Below are positions 1-10,193 of a stretch of 64,000 nt of DNA, piece by piece. How positions within the stretch are numbered: the first letter of the stretch is position 1; every line of letters begins with the position of its first letter. The stretch spans positions 1,531 through 65,530 of the forward strand of contig JBGPBW010000001.1 of NCBI GenBank assembly GCA_041481385.1, written 5' to 3'. The notes under the pieces are model-generated. The model saw nothing but the letters and a program-made list of their open reading frames with translations. It did no database searches and was not told where the DNA came from. The DNA is from Puia sp. (GTDB lineage: Bacteria; Bacteroidota; Bacteroidia; Chitinophagales; Chitinophagaceae). A program made the translations under genes and the position numbers.

Positions 1-854
1 GCAAACAGGTTACCAATCACCATGGTCAATACAGAAAGTAAAAACAAAATATAATACCAGGAGACGACCAGTGGTTTAAAAACGGTATACAATGCAGATA
101 CAAAAACAAAAAGTACGGCACCCTTTGAAATAACCGATAAATAGGAAGTAACGGTAACGGGTGAACCCTCGTATACATCGGCTGTCCACAGATGAAAGGG
201 TACCACGGATATTTTGAATCCAAAACCTGCAAGGAGCAGGATAAACGCGAAGATTTGTAAAGGATTTCCATCCAAATGTTGTGACAGTTCCGTGTAGGTG
301 AGGGTTCCCGTCTGGCCATAAACAAGTGAGATACCAAATAACAGCAAACCGGAAGAGAACGCTGATGAAATGATGAACTTAAAAGCTGCTTCGGAGGATT
401 TTCTTTTTTCCAGGTCAAAATTGGCCATTGCTGCCAGGGGAATGGTGGATAGTTCCAAACCGAGCCAGAACATCAGCAGGTTGCCTGCCGAAATCATGAA
501 AAACATACCCAGCAGTGTGGAAAGCAGGAGCATGTAAAATTCAAGTACATGTTTGTGATTCTTCAGCCAGGTATAGGATTGGAGGGCGATAATATAGGTT
601 CCCAGATTCAGTATATTTTTCTCTGTTGTAACGAGCGGATTCGTTCTGAACATTTCATTAAAAAGTACGCCCTCCCGGCTCATGAAAAAACCGGTTATAA
701 AATTGATCAGCAATAAAATGTTCACCAGGTTGAGTATCTGCTCATTTTTCCATTCCCTGCTTCCCACCTTAATAAATAGCAGGAAAAAAAGTATGGCAAT
801 GACCGCCCATTCCTGTTTCATCAATAGAAAAAATTCCGATCCCATATACTGCAT
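1..854 (-). CDS. nuoN: NADH-quinone oxidoreductase subunit N (partial, runs off window start)
   Basis: Missing from the ORF track because it has no stop in the window. Manual translation from ATG 854, directly after the nuoM TAA, gives MQYMGSEFFLLMKQEW... and later GFKISVVPFHLWTADVYEGSP, the NuoN/ND2 signature. Confidence 0.95.
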   Translation of the reverse strand, partial: MQYMGSEFFLLMKQEWAVIAILFFLLFIKVGSREWKNEQILNLVNILLLINFITGFFMSREGVLFNEMFRTNPLVTTEKNILNLGTYIIALQSYTWLKNHKHVLEFYMLLLSTLLGMFFMISAGNLLMFWLGLELSTIPLAAMANFDLEKRKSSEAAFKFIISSAFSSGLLLFGISLVYGQTGTLTYTELSQHLDGNPLQIFAFILLLAGFGFKISVVPFHLWTADVYEGSPVTVTSYLSVISKGAVLFVFVSALYTVFKPLVVSWYYILFLLSVLTMVIGNLF

Positions 855-2357
855 TTATTTTAGTGTAACGAACTTTCCAAAATGCTGCACAATAAATTCA
901 GTTCCCGGCCCGATCAGCTGGTATATCCAGAACGGAGCTACCCCGATCGCAACAATACCCGTTATTAATATTCCGGCAGCCAGTTTCTCCGACCAGCTGG
1001 CGTCTGCCAGACCATTGAAATGGGAATCGGTAATCGGACCCATTACTGATCTTCCCGCCGCACGTAAAATATAAACTGCTGTAACCACAATGGATGCGCA
1101 AGCCAAAATGGTTGCAAGCCGGTACCATTGATCAGGATTTTGCCAGCTTCCCACAAACACGGTCACTTCCGCAACAAAACCGCTGAATCCCGGCAATCCC
1201 AGGGAACAGAGTCCGGCAATTACAAAGATTGTGGATATAAAGGGCATCACCTTCAACAGGCCGCCCAGATGCTGTACCATACGTGTATGGGTTCTGCTAT
1301 ATATCATGCCAATGGCTGCGAAAAACAGGGCTGTCATTAATCCGTGTGAAACCATTTGCAGTACTGCTCCGTTAATAGAAGTTTGCGTTAGCATCCCAAT
1401 GCCAAGCAAAACAAAACCGCAATGGCTAACCGAAGAATATGCGTTGATGTATTTCAGGTCTTTCTGCATCATGGTAGCGAATGCGCCATAAATAATCGCA
1501 ATGGTTGCCAATAAAATAATGACCGGGGCATAGTAGTGGGCGGCATCGGGCATGAGATAGGTCGCAACCCGCAGGCAACCATAACCGCCCAGTTTCATCG
1601 ATATGCCAGCCAAAAACATAGAAGCCGCAGTCGGGGCAGAAGAGTGACCATCCGGAACCCAGGTATGGAACGGAAAAAGGGCGGTGAAGATGCCGAATCC
1701 AACGAAGGCAAAAGGGAAGAACAGATTTTGAATTTCAGGATCAATATGCAATTTTGAAATCTCCACCATATCAAAGCTATGGACTCCGTTGACATGGGTA
1801 TTGAAATACAATCCCATCAGGCCGACAAACACCAATGCTGATCCGGCCATCAGCATGAGTGCCAGTTTCATGGCACTGTATTCCTTTTTGCCACTTCCCC
1901 AAATTCCGATCAGCAGGTATTTCGGGATAACCGCCACTTCCAGGAAGAAGAAAAGTGTAAACAGATCCAGGGATAAAAAATATCCGTATGCGCCCACACT
2001 CAACAGCAAAAGCAGGAAAAAAAATTCTTTATTCAGCGTTTCCTGTGTCCACGAAACCAGCACACCGGCAATGACAACAAAAGCGGTTAACAGGATCATG
2101 GCAACAGAAATACCATCCACGCCCACATGGTAATGAATGTTCAACGGCGCAAACCAGCTTATATTCGTCTCAAATAAAAACTGGGAACCGTTGCCTGCCG
2201 CTCTTTCTTTCCAGTAAACCATCAGCAGTCCCACGGAGGATAAGAATTGTGCGGAAGCACCGATTAAAGAAACCGTTCTCACTTGTTTCAGCCCCTTGCA
2301 AAACAGAACTGAAATTGCCGTAAGTGTGGGAAGTATGATGAGCAGGGAGAGATTCAT
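855..2357 (-). CDS. nuoM: NADH-quinone oxidoreductase subunit M
   Basis: 500 aa polytopic protein with GVDGIS, FPFHTWVPDGH, KLGGYG and AYSSVSHCGF antiporter-like motifs; operon position. Confidence 0.96.
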   Translation of the reverse strand: MNLSLLIILPTLTAISVLFCKGLKQVRTVSLIGASAQFLSSVGLLMVYWKERAAGNGSQFLFETNISWFAPLNIHYHVGVDGISVAMILLTAFVVIAGVLVSWTQETLNKEFFFLLLLLSVGAYGYFLSLDLFTLFFFLEVAVIPKYLLIGIWGSGKKEYSAMKLALMLMAGSALVFVGLMGLYFNTHVNGVHSFDMVEISKLHIDPEIQNLFFPFAFVGFGIFTALFPFHTWVPDGHSSAPTAASMFLAGISMKLGGYGCLRVATYLMPDAAHYYAPVIILLATIAIIYGAFATMMQKDLKYINAYSSVSHCGFVLLGIGMLTQTSINGAVLQMVSHGLMTALFFAAIGMIYSRTHTRMVQHLGGLLKVMPFISTIFVIAGLCSLGLPGFSGFVAEVTVFVGSWQNPDQWYRLATILACASIVVTAVYILRAAGRSVMGPITDSHFNGLADASWSEKLAAGILITGIVAIGVAPFWIYQLIGPGTEFIVQHFGKFVTLK

Positions 2358-2372
2358 TCCAATTATGAATTA

Positions 2373-4316
2373 TTAATTATGGGTTATGTAAATAAACAAG
2401 ACCGCCAGACCGACTATACCGCAAAAAAAGTACAAAGCATAATTCTGCAATTTGCCCGACTGCATTCCTTTGATCAGATAAGAAATTTTTTCAGTAACAG
2501 ATGCAAGCAGATTCATGAATCCATCCACAATATGTTTGTCAATCCAGGCGGCGGGGGCACCAATACAATTAAAAATGATTTTTTTTGTAATAAAAAGATA
2601 TACTTCATCGATATAAAATTTGTGGTATACCAGTTTGTAGAAACTACCCAGGGAAGATGCAATTTTCTCCGGCCTGTCATTTTCAGATTTATACAGGTAA
2701 GTGGCCAGCGTTATACCTCCCAACGCCAATAAAACCGGCAAAGCAGAAAAGGCCATGTCGATCCCGGTATGCAGGGGCAGGCCATCTGACGTTACCCATG
2801 AAGCAATGGGAACAAACCCGCCGAGCAATGAACATACTGCAAGTATAACCAGTGGAATTTTCATGGACATGGCCGCTTCTCCATGAGGGGCTGCCGATGA
2901 CGGCACTCCTTTGCTCCAGAAAATAGCGTAATATAACCGGAACATATAAAAGGCGGTCAGTGCGGAAGTGAATACGGCAATAGCATATACCAGCTTATTG
3001 CTATGATATGCCGCCAGCAAGATGTCTTCTTTGCTGAAAAAACCGGAGAAAGGCGGGATCCCGGATATGGCCAGGCAGGCGATCAGAAAACTGATATGGG
3101 TAACGGGCATGATCTTTCTTAATCCGCCCATGTCTTTCATATTGTTGCTGTGTACCAGGTGAATTACGGCACCCGCACAGAGAAACAGCAAGGATTTAAA
3201 AAATGCATGCGTGAATAAATGAAACATGGAAGCCATATACCCCAGGCCCTGTTCGCCTCCATATTGGGATACACCCAGGGCGAACATCATAAAACCAATC
3301 TGAGACATGGTTGAAAACGCAAGAATGCGTTTGATATCTGTTTGTGTGCAGGCAATCACAGCGGCAATCAAAGCGGAAAAAACACCAGTATATGTGACGA
3401 CCTGCAGAGCTGATGGATCAAAACAAAATACAGGGAATAGGCGGGCTACTAAAAACACGCCGGCAACGACCATCGTGGCTGCGTGGATTAATGCAGATAC
3501 GGGAGTGGGTCCTTCCATGGCGTCCGGCAGCCAGACGTGCAGGGGGAACATGGCCGATTTACCGGCCCCGCCAATGAAAACCAGCACGAGTCCCCAGGTC
3601 AGCATCGACGCACCCATAAAAGAAGCGGATGTAATGGCGAGGAATTCGGGCGACTGCAATGAAGTAAGCCGGGATATCAGAACACCGAAATCAAGGGTGC
3701 CACTGTAAAAAGCCAGTATCAGTATGCCTACCAGGAAGCCGAGATCGGCAAAGCGGGTAACAATAAATGCTTTTTTTGAAGCAGCGACAGCGGATGGTTT
3801 TTCGAAATAGAAGCCGATAAGCAGATAAGAAGAAACACCAACCAGTTCCCAGAAGATGTAGATCTGAAATATATTCGACGAGAGCACGAGGCCCAGCATG
3901 GAAAAGGTAAACAGCGAGAGAAAGGCAAAGTAGGTCGCAAAGCGTTCTTCTCCTTTCATATATCCGAGGCTGAAAATGTGCACCATCAGGGAAACAAAGC
4001 TTACGACGACAATCATCATCACGGAAATGGGATCGAGAATAATGCCCATGTCGATGGAGACATTCGGAGAAAATTGCAGCCAGGTATATTTCATGGCTAT
4101 TATTTTCTGATAAACCCCGTCCGTTTTACCAGATACAAAAAAATACTGGTAAGCCGCATAAATGGACAATGCGGCGGTGACGAGCAAAGAAATGGTGCCG
4201 GTCGTTCCTGAGGAGGTTTTAAAGTATCTGCGACCAAATAATCCCAACAGGAGAAACACAAAGAGTGGCAGCAGAGGAATGAATGCTATATATACGTATG
4301 GGTTCATATGGCTCAT
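2373..4316 (-). CDS. nuoL: NADH-quinone oxidoreductase subunit L
   Basis: GKSAMFPLHVWLPDAMEGPTPVSALIHAATMV and HLFTHAFFKSLLFL motifs. Confidence 0.97.
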   Translation of the reverse strand: MSHMNPYVYIAFIPLLPLFVFLLLGLFGRRYFKTSSGTTGTISLLVTAALSIYAAYQYFFVSGKTDGVYQKIIAMKYTWLQFSPNVSIDMGIILDPISVMMIVVVSFVSLMVHIFSLGYMKGEERFATYFAFLSLFTFSMLGLVLSSNIFQIYIFWELVGVSSYLLIGFYFEKPSAVAASKKAFIVTRFADLGFLVGILILAFYSGTLDFGVLISRLTSLQSPEFLAITSASFMGASMLTWGLVLVFIGGAGKSAMFPLHVWLPDAMEGPTPVSALIHAATMVVAGVFLVARLFPVFCFDPSALQVVTYTGVFSALIAAVIACTQTDIKRILAFSTMSQIGFMMFALGVSQYGGEQGLGYMASMFHLFTHAFFKSLLFLCAGAVIHLVHSNNMKDMGGLRKIMPVTHISFLIACLAISGIPPFSGFFSKEDILLAAYHSNKLVYAIAVFTSALTAFYMFRLYYAIFWSKGVPSSAAPHGEAAMSMKIPLVILAVCSLLGGFVPIASWVTSDGLPLHTGIDMAFSALPVLLALGGITLATYLYKSENDRPEKIASSLGSFYKLVYHKFYIDEVYLFITKKIIFNCIGAPAAWIDKHIVDGFMNLLASVTEKISYLIKGMQSGKLQNYALYFFCGIVGLAVLFIYITHN

Positions 4317-4351
4317 GACTAAGGTCCCTGCCGGATATTAGACAGGGATGA

Positions 4352-4666
4352 TTAATATTTCATTTCACTCGCATCTTCCACATCAATGGAATGATGACTC
4401 CTGAATAAATTGATAATAATGGCAATAGCAACTGCAGCTTCCGCGGCAGCTATCGTTATTATAAAAATGGCAAAGAACACGCCATCCAGCTTTCCCGGGT
4501 ACAGGTACTTATTAAACGCGACGAAATTGATATTGACACTGTTTAAAATCAATTCCACCGCCATAAGCAGGGTAATCATATTCCGCCGGGTGAATAAACC
4601 AAACATGCCGATAAAAAACAACGCTGTGCTTACAAAAAGAATATGGGTTAATGTTATTGGGTGCAT
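4352..4666 (-). CDS. nuoK: NADH-quinone oxidoreductase subunit K
   Basis: RRNMITLLMAVELILNSVNINF and AAAEAAVAIAII motifs. Confidence 0.96.
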   Translation of the reverse strand: MHPITLTHILFVSTALFFIGMFGLFTRRNMITLLMAVELILNSVNINFVAFNKYLYPGKLDGVFFAIFIITIAAAEAAVAIAIIINLFRSHHSIDVEDASEMKY

Positions 4667-4667
4667 A

Positions 4668-5237
4668 TTAAACAGGCTCCTCCATTTTTATTTCGCGTTG
4701 GATGAAGTGTTTTTCAATAGGCTTTTCCAAAGGTTTGCTCTTCATCGCAATAACGATACATCCGATCATGGCTGACAATAATAAAATACTCACCACCTCA
4801 AAAGGAAGCACGAATCCGTGTTCTGTAGTACTTAACATCTGTGAGCCGATATCTGAAACTTTTACTTCAAACGGCTGTACCGGCGGATGGCTGAAACCGT
4901 AATTACGGATCAGATTGAACGTAAAGACAAACCCAATCAATGTCGCCAATCCCGAAAATGCGGCCCGGATTTTAAGTGGCTTCGGCATTTCATCGCCTGA
5001 TTTTTGGGTCAGAAAAATAGAGAAAATGATGAGCACTACGATGCCGCCGGCATAGATGATGATCTGCACAGCGGCAATAAATTCCACTTCCATCCAGAAA
5101 TACAAACCGGCAATGCCGACCAGAGAAAACAACAAAAAAACAGCAGACCTGAAAATCTTTCTCGTAGTCACCGACAACACGCCGGATGTTAAGATGAAGG
5201 CTGAAATAATATAAAAGATGATTTCCGACATATTCAT
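4668..5237 (-). CDS. nuoJ: NADH-quinone oxidoreductase subunit J
   Basis: EFIAAVQIIIYAGGIVVLIIF and LPFEVVSILLL motifs. Confidence 0.95.
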   Translation of the reverse strand: MNMSEIIFYIISAFILTSGVLSVTTRKIFRSAVFLLFSLVGIAGLYFWMEVEFIAAVQIIIYAGGIVVLIIFSIFLTQKSGDEMPKPLKIRAAFSGLATLIGFVFTFNLIRNYGFSHPPVQPFEVKVSDIGSQMLSTTEHGFVLPFEVVSILLLSAMIGCIVIAMKSKPLEKPIEKHFIQREIKMEEPV

Positions 5238-5713
5238 TATTCAATGCCCTCCCTAAGTTTTGAACCTTCCGTATTTAGTTTCTTGGTTAATTTGGTCCTG
5301 TCAAAAACACTATGCTCAAATGTTTGCGCCATTTTGATGGCATCTGTAGGGCAGGCCACTATGCATAAATTGCACATCGTGCAGAGTTCCAGATGATAGA
5401 CAAATGTGTCCAGTGCTTTTTTCCTTTTGCCTTCAGGCGAAACATCAAACTTGTTGATGATCTTAATGGTGCCGTTCGGACAGGCTATTTCGCAGGCGGA
5501 ACAGCCTGTACAGGCATGTTCGTTTTTTTCATCGTGCAGCAATACAACTTCACCCCGGAATCGCTCTGCCATTTGAAGGGTCGCCCGGTTATCCGGGTAT
5601 TGTTCTGTAATGATTTCTTTATGATGAGTGAAATAGTAACCCGTCATCCGCATGCCTTTCAGCAGCGACCTGATAGCACCATAAACATCCTTTATATAAT
5701 TTTTTAAAAACAT
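5237..5713 (-). CDS. nuoI: NADH-quinone oxidoreductase subunit I (2x[4Fe-4S])
   Basis: CTGCSACEIACP and CTMCNLCIVACP ferredoxin motifs. Start moved from 5734 to ATG 5713 to remove the overlap with nuoH. Confidence 0.94.
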   Translation of the reverse strand: MFLKNYIKDVYGAIRSLLKGMRMTGYYFTHHKEIITEQYPDNRATLQMAERFRGEVVLLHDEKNEHACTGCSACEIACPNGTIKIINKFDVSPEGKRKKALDTFVYHLELCTMCNLCIVACPTDAIKMAQTFEHSVFDRTKLTKKLNTEGSKLREGIE

Positions 5714-5721
5714 AGTCCTTT

Positions 5722-6798
5722 TTAAAAATGCCATCCCATAATGGCGATAATGGTCATCAGCAGTAAGTTAAACATGCTGATGGGTAATAAATATTTCCAT
5801 TCCAGGTTTAGTAACTGATCAATCCTTAACCTGGGAAAGGTCCACCGGAACCACATGATCAGGAAAATCAGTCCGATCGTTTTTCCTAAGAACCAGATGG
5901 AAGACGGAATATAATCCATGACATGGTTGAATCCTTGCCAATGACCAATATGAAGAGGCATCCATCCTCCAAAAAACAGGGTTGCCCCGATAGCGCATAC
6001 GATGAATATATTGATATATTCGGCCAGGAAAAACAACGCAAACCGCATTCCTGAGAATTCAGTGTGAAAACCGGCGGTCAGTTCACTTTCCGCTTCTGCC
6101 ATGTCGAAGGGTGCGCGGTTTGTTTCAGCTGTTACGGCAATAATAAAAATAACGAATGAAATGAGGGCGGGAATGTGGGCCTTAAATATCCACCATCCAT
6201 TCTCTTGTGAGAGAATGATGTCCCTGATACTTAAACTGCCTGTCATTACTACAATGGACAGGACGGAAAGACCCGCAGACAGTTCATAACTTACGATCTG
6301 GGCACCGCTGCGCATGGCGCCCAGCAGGGAATATTTATTATTACTTGCCCATCCTGCCATAAATATTCCGATAACGGAAAGGGAGGAGATGGCAGAGAGG
6401 TATAACACGCCGATATTTATGTCCCAGATCTGCAGGTTTTTTGCAAAAGCGATCGGTGCAAGGATCAGCATGGCCACGATCATCACGACAAGAGGAGCGA
6501 GGTTGAAAAGAAATTTGTCTGCGCCATCGGGAACCAATCCTTCTTTCAGTAGCAGTTTAACTGTGTCTGCAGTAGTCTGAAATATTCCTTTAGGGCCTAC
6601 GCGGTTTGGACCCAGTCGAATCTGCATCACGGCCGCAACTTTGCGTTCCATCCAAACCAGTCCAAGACCAAGTAGCGCAAACAGCATAATCGCCGCGAGG
6701 CCGACCAAAATGAATTCAGTCAGCAACGCCAGCGCCGGGCTGAAATGATTGGTCAGCCAATCATGAATCATAGTCGTTATGCCTTCCAGACTGAACAT
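5722..6798 (-). CDS. nuoH: NADH-quinone oxidoreductase subunit H
   Basis: ERKVAAVMQIRLGPNRVGP, NKYSLLGAMRS and ETNRAPFDMAEAESEL motifs. ATG 6798 preferred to TTG 6819. Confidence 0.96.
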   Translation of the reverse strand: MFSLEGITTMIHDWLTNHFSPALALLTEFILVGLAAIMLFALLGLGLVWMERKVAAVMQIRLGPNRVGPKGIFQTTADTVKLLLKEGLVPDGADKFLFNLAPLVVMIVAMLILAPIAFAKNLQIWDINIGVLYLSAISSLSVIGIFMAGWASNNKYSLLGAMRSGAQIVSYELSAGLSVLSIVVMTGSLSIRDIILSQENGWWIFKAHIPALISFVIFIIAVTAETNRAPFDMAEAESELTAGFHTEFSGMRFALFFLAEYINIFIVCAIGATLFFGGWMPLHIGHWQGFNHVMDYIPSSIWFLGKTIGLIFLIMWFRWTFPRLRIDQLLNLEWKYLLPISMFNLLLMTIIAIMGWHF

Positions 6799-6808
6799 AA
6801 ATTTATTT

Positions 6809-7924
6809 TTATCTGTCAATATCCGGTATCACCAGATCCAAAGTTCCCATGGCTGCAATCAGATCTCCGATCTTCAAACCCTTTACCATATGTTCCAAAG
6901 CAGAAAGATTAGAGAAACCCGGGGAACGGAATTTAATCCTGTAGGGCGTTGTACCCCCCTCACTTACGATATATACACCCAATTCGCCCCTTGCTGTCTC
7001 TACCCTTTGATAAAATTCACCCTTTGGCAATTTTAGTACGGCCTTGGTCTTGGCCTGGAATTCCCCTTCGGGGATATTGTCAATCAATTGCTCAACGATG
7101 CGAATGCTTTGCGACATTTCCTTTAACCTTACCAAATACCTCGCATAGGAGTCTCCGCCGGTTTCTGTTATTTCATCAAAAACCACTTTTTCATAAATAT
7201 CGTAAGGGTATAATTTTCTGATATCGCAATGAAGACCACTTGCCCGGCCCACAGGACCGGTGCATCCATAAGAAATGGCATCATCATAGGAAATAAAACC
7301 AACGGATTTCATTCTGTTTTGGAAAATGATATTACCCGTAACCAGTTCATTATACTCTTCAAATTTTGATTTATATAATTGAATGAAACTTTTTACATCT
7401 TTTTGGAAATCCGGATGTAGTTCCGCCATTACACCCCCGGGAACCATATAATTCATCGTGAGCCTGGCCCCACAGGTTTTCTCCATAATATCCGTGATGG
7501 TTTCCCTTTCCCTGAATGCATGAAAAAAAGGCGTGAACGCTCCCAAATCCATGGCCATAGCGCCCCACCATAATTCATGGGAAGCAATCCGGGTAAGCTC
7601 ATCCATAATGACCCGAATATATTGTGCCCGTTGGGGAACTTCAACCTGCAATCCCTTTTCAACGCAAAGAGCGCAGCCATGATTGTTGATATGTGAAGAG
7701 AGATAGTCCATCCTGCTGGTTACATAGATGAACTGGCGGTATGACAAACTTTCACACATTTTTTCAATCGACCGGTGGATATATCCCAGGTGTGGTTCAA
7801 CTTTTTTTATGGTCTCACCATCAAGCGTTAAAACCAGGTGCAGCACCCCGTGTGTTGCGGGATGCTGGGGCCCCATGTTTATAATTAAATCACCTTCTGA
7901 TGTTCTGCCAATTTCCTCAATCAT
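6809..7924 (-). CDS. nuoD: NADH-quinone oxidoreductase subunit D
   Basis: NMGPQHPATHGVL, GYIHRSIEK, RMDYL and C-terminal DLVIPDIDR. No NiFe-binding CxxC pairs. Confidence 0.96.
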   Translation of the reverse strand: MIEEIGRTSEGDLIINMGPQHPATHGVLHLVLTLDGETIKKVEPHLGYIHRSIEKMCESLSYRQFIYVTSRMDYLSSHINNHGCALCVEKGLQVEVPQRAQYIRVIMDELTRIASHELWWGAMAMDLGAFTPFFHAFRERETITDIMEKTCGARLTMNYMVPGGVMAELHPDFQKDVKSFIQLYKSKFEEYNELVTGNIIFQNRMKSVGFISYDDAISYGCTGPVGRASGLHCDIRKLYPYDIYEKVVFDEITETGGDSYARYLVRLKEMSQSIRIVEQLIDNIPEGEFQAKTKAVLKLPKGEFYQRVETARGELGVYIVSEGGTTPYRIKFRSPGFSNLSALEHMVKGLKIGDLIAAMGTLDLVIPDIDR

Positions 7925-7977
7925 ATCCTCCGGTAATGAATGAAATATCGATTTTTTAGTTATAAAGAACTCACGTG

Positions 7978-8433
7978 TTAAAGTCTTATCATGTTCACCG
8001 GATCTTCATAATCTTTTCTCAATGGCCAACCCTTCCAGTCGTCCGGCATGATCAGTCTTCTCAGATCAGGGTGGTGCAGGAATTTTACACCAAACAGATC
8101 ATATACTTCTCTTTCCAGCAATTCGGCGGTACGCCAGATATCCGAAATCGTTTCTATCTCCGGATCATCTTTATTTAGTTTTGCTTTAATTACAATATTG
8201 TGCCGGTATATGGTAGAAGTGAAATGGTAAACCATCGTAAAATGTGTTTTCCAGTCCACACAGGTGAGGCAAAACAAATAATCAAAATCCAGTCCCTGTT
8301 GTGTTCGCAGTTTTCGAACAAACGCCTTTAATTCCTCAGTAGCCACATAGGCATTCAGCCATTCACCACCCTCCTCAAAACTGATCGACGGAAGCAGTTC
8401 GATAAATTGTATTTTCAGTTCTTCCATCAGCAT
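7978..8433 (-). CDS. nuoC: NADH-quinone oxidoreductase subunit C
   Basis: EREVYDLFGVKFLHHPDLRRLIMPDDWKGWPLRKDY. Start placed at ATG 8433 (or 8427), downstream of the nuoB stop. Confidence 0.94.
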   Translation of the reverse strand: MLMEELKIQFIELLPSISFEEGGEWLNAYVATEELKAFVRKLRTQQGLDFDYLFCLTCVDWKTHFTMVYHFTSTIYRHNIVIKAKLNKDDPEIETISDIWRTAELLEREVYDLFGVKFLHHPDLRRLIMPDDWKGWPLRKDYEDPVNMIRL

Positions 8434-8450
8434 GTCTGACCTTCGGGTAT

Positions 8451-9002
8451 TTACGGATTTAAGTACGAATTTTCTTTGATCTGTTCCCTGGTCAGGCCGG
8501 CTTTTATTTTTCCTTGCAATGTAATCAGCGCATGCAGTAATGCCTCCGGCCTTGGCGGACAACCGGGTATATAAACATCCACGGGTATTACATGGTCTGC
8601 TCCTTTTACCACTGAATAGGTATTGTAAAAGAAAGGTCCACCGCTGATCGCGCAGGCGCCCATGGCGATAACGTATTTGGGATCGGCCATCTGGTCGTAC
8701 AACCTTCTCAGCACCGGTGCCATTTTATTGACGATGGTCCCGGCAATGATGATCACGTCTGCCTGTCGGGGAGTAGCCCTGGCTACTTCGAATCCAAACC
8801 TGGAGAAATCGTATTTCGCCGAAGCGACGGACATCATTTCGATTCCGCAGCAGCTGGTGGCAAATGTGAGGGGCCAGAGTGAATTGGATCTCGCCCAGTT
8901 GATGACGTCGTCGAGTTTGCTCAAAACAATGCCGCCGCCCGACGTTTCATGGATTTCACCTGGGAATTTTTTTTGCTCATTGCTGTTGCCGGTTACATCC
9001 AT
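8451..9002 (-). CDS. nuoB: NADH-quinone oxidoreductase subunit B
   Basis: [25 protein letters not shown] and [14 protein letters not shown]. Start at ATG 9002, overlapping the nuoA stop. Confidence 0.96.
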   Translation of the reverse strand: MDVTGNSNEQKKFPGEIHETSGGGIVLSKLDDVINWARSNSLWPLTFATSCCGIEMMSVASAKYDFSRFGFEVARATPRQADVIIIAGTIVNKMAPVLRRLYDQMADPKYVIAMGACAISGGPFFYNTYSVVKGADHVIPVDVYIPGCPPRPEALLHALITLQGKIKAGLTREQIKENSYLNP

Positions 9003-9343
9003 TTCAATGCTCCTTTTTTGTGCGCGTATAAAAATCCCATGAATAAAATGAACAGGAAAATCCCGATTTCCAAAAGAGCCGGCATTCCGATTTTTTTCAC
9101 CACTACTGCCCATGGATACATGAAAACCAATTCTACGTCGAAGATCAGAAAGATAAGGGCAAACAGGTAATAGCCTACATTGAACTGGTTCCATGGAGAT
9201 CCCGTCGCCGGAATTCCGCATTCATAAGCCTGTCCCTTTTGGGGGTTCTTTACACCTTTCACTAAAATTTTTGAGACAGATAATCCACCAACTGAAAAGG
9301 CGATAGCTGCCAGGATAAGAATGATTAATGATGCTGGGCCCAT
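8993..9343 (-). CDS. nuoA: NADH-quinone oxidoreductase subunit A
   Basis: YECG loop, [15 protein letters not shown] and C-terminal KKGALKW. Confidence 0.96.
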   Translation of the reverse strand: MGPASLIILILAAIAFSVGGLSVSKILVKGVKNPQKGQAYECGIPATGSPWNQFNVGYYLFALIFLIFDVELVFMYPWAVVVKKIGMPALLEIGIFLFILFMGFLYAHKKGALKWM

Positions 9344-9400
9344 AATGCAATCTTGATTAGCTAAAGTAATGAGTAAATTCTGAACATCACCTGATTTTTG

Positions 9401-10030
9401 TCATGATTTGCGAATTGCTTTCTGTTTTACCAATTCGGTTTCGATTCCTGCAGATTTCATTTTTGTCTCAGCGGCCTTTTCAATCTGGTTCTTCAGTGCT
9501 AACAATGTTTTGTCAAAAAGAACGTGTTTTTCCATCATAAAACACATTTCATACTCAATTTCCTCCCAGGTGGAAAAGTCTGCGTGGTTATGTTGCAGCT
9601 GAACTTCGAGTTTGTCCAGGGCATTGGCAACTTTTGCCTCATAAGTCTCCTTTTGTTCAAATTCATAGAACAAATCGTAGATCTCCTGTCCATTGGACTC
9701 TATCAGCATGCTACGAAGATTTTCGATGGCCCGCTGCTCATTGGCTGCTTTTATTTCTTTAATCTCAGGGTGACGTAAAATTTCCAATGCAGAGATATCA
9801 CGGGCTTCTGCTTCAACCAAATCGTGTATGATGATCATTTTAAGTAGTCTGGCCGTGTTCACTTTTTTTGTCAGCAGGGGTTCAACCAGAACAGCCATTA
9901 ACGACATTCTCCAACAGTGTTCCGCTACGCTCTCCTGTCTTCCCGCTGAAGTATAACTGTGGCGGAGTTCAAACTTCAATCGTTCAGCCAGGGTAAGAAC
10001 CTGTATGATGGAACTGATCGCATTTTCCAT
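9401..10030 (-). CDS. HD-domain phosphohydrolase (HD_3/YfbR-like)
   Basis: ESVAEHCWR, IIHDLVE and ANALDKLE motifs. Likely start ATG 10030. Confidence 0.88.
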   Translation of the reverse strand: MENAISSIIQVLTLAERLKFELRHSYTSAGRQESVAEHCWRMSLMAVLVEPLLTKKVNTARLLKMIIIHDLVEAEARDISALEILRHPEIKEIKAANEQRAIENLRSMLIESNGQEIYDLFYEFEQKETYEAKVANALDKLEVQLQHNHADFSTWEEIEYEMCFMMEKHVLFDKTLLALKNQIEKAAETKMKSAGIETELVKQKAIRKS

Positions 10031-10193
10031 AGGCAAAGATAGAAAAAACCAGAGTATCATCCGGAATGTTACGAACGGATAACCCATAAATAGTAGAATA
10101 TCAAATTGTTACTCCAAAATATCAAAAGGGAATCTGGTCATATTTTAAATTTTCTTTACCTTTTAGTAATCTCAAAAAATAAAACAGAATGAT

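Noticed and set aside
26-418. 130-aa minus-strand ORF in the track
   Set aside because: It is an alternative frame inside nuoN; the true NuoN frame is missing from the track only because it has no stop in the window.
4325-4348. Small hairpin tccctg...caggga between nuoK and nuoL
   Set aside because: Only a 6-bp stem with no T tract, inside an operon; too weak to call a terminator or element.
6809-9002. Group 4 [NiFe]-hydrogenase interpretation of the EFG-less operon
   Set aside because: The D subunit lacks both CxxC nickel-binding motifs, and no maturation genes are present.
8433-9221. Long N-terminal extensions of NuoB (to 9221) and NuoC (to 8562)
   Set aside because: They overlap the upstream nuo genes extensively; internal ATGs beside the upstream stops give normal-length subunits.
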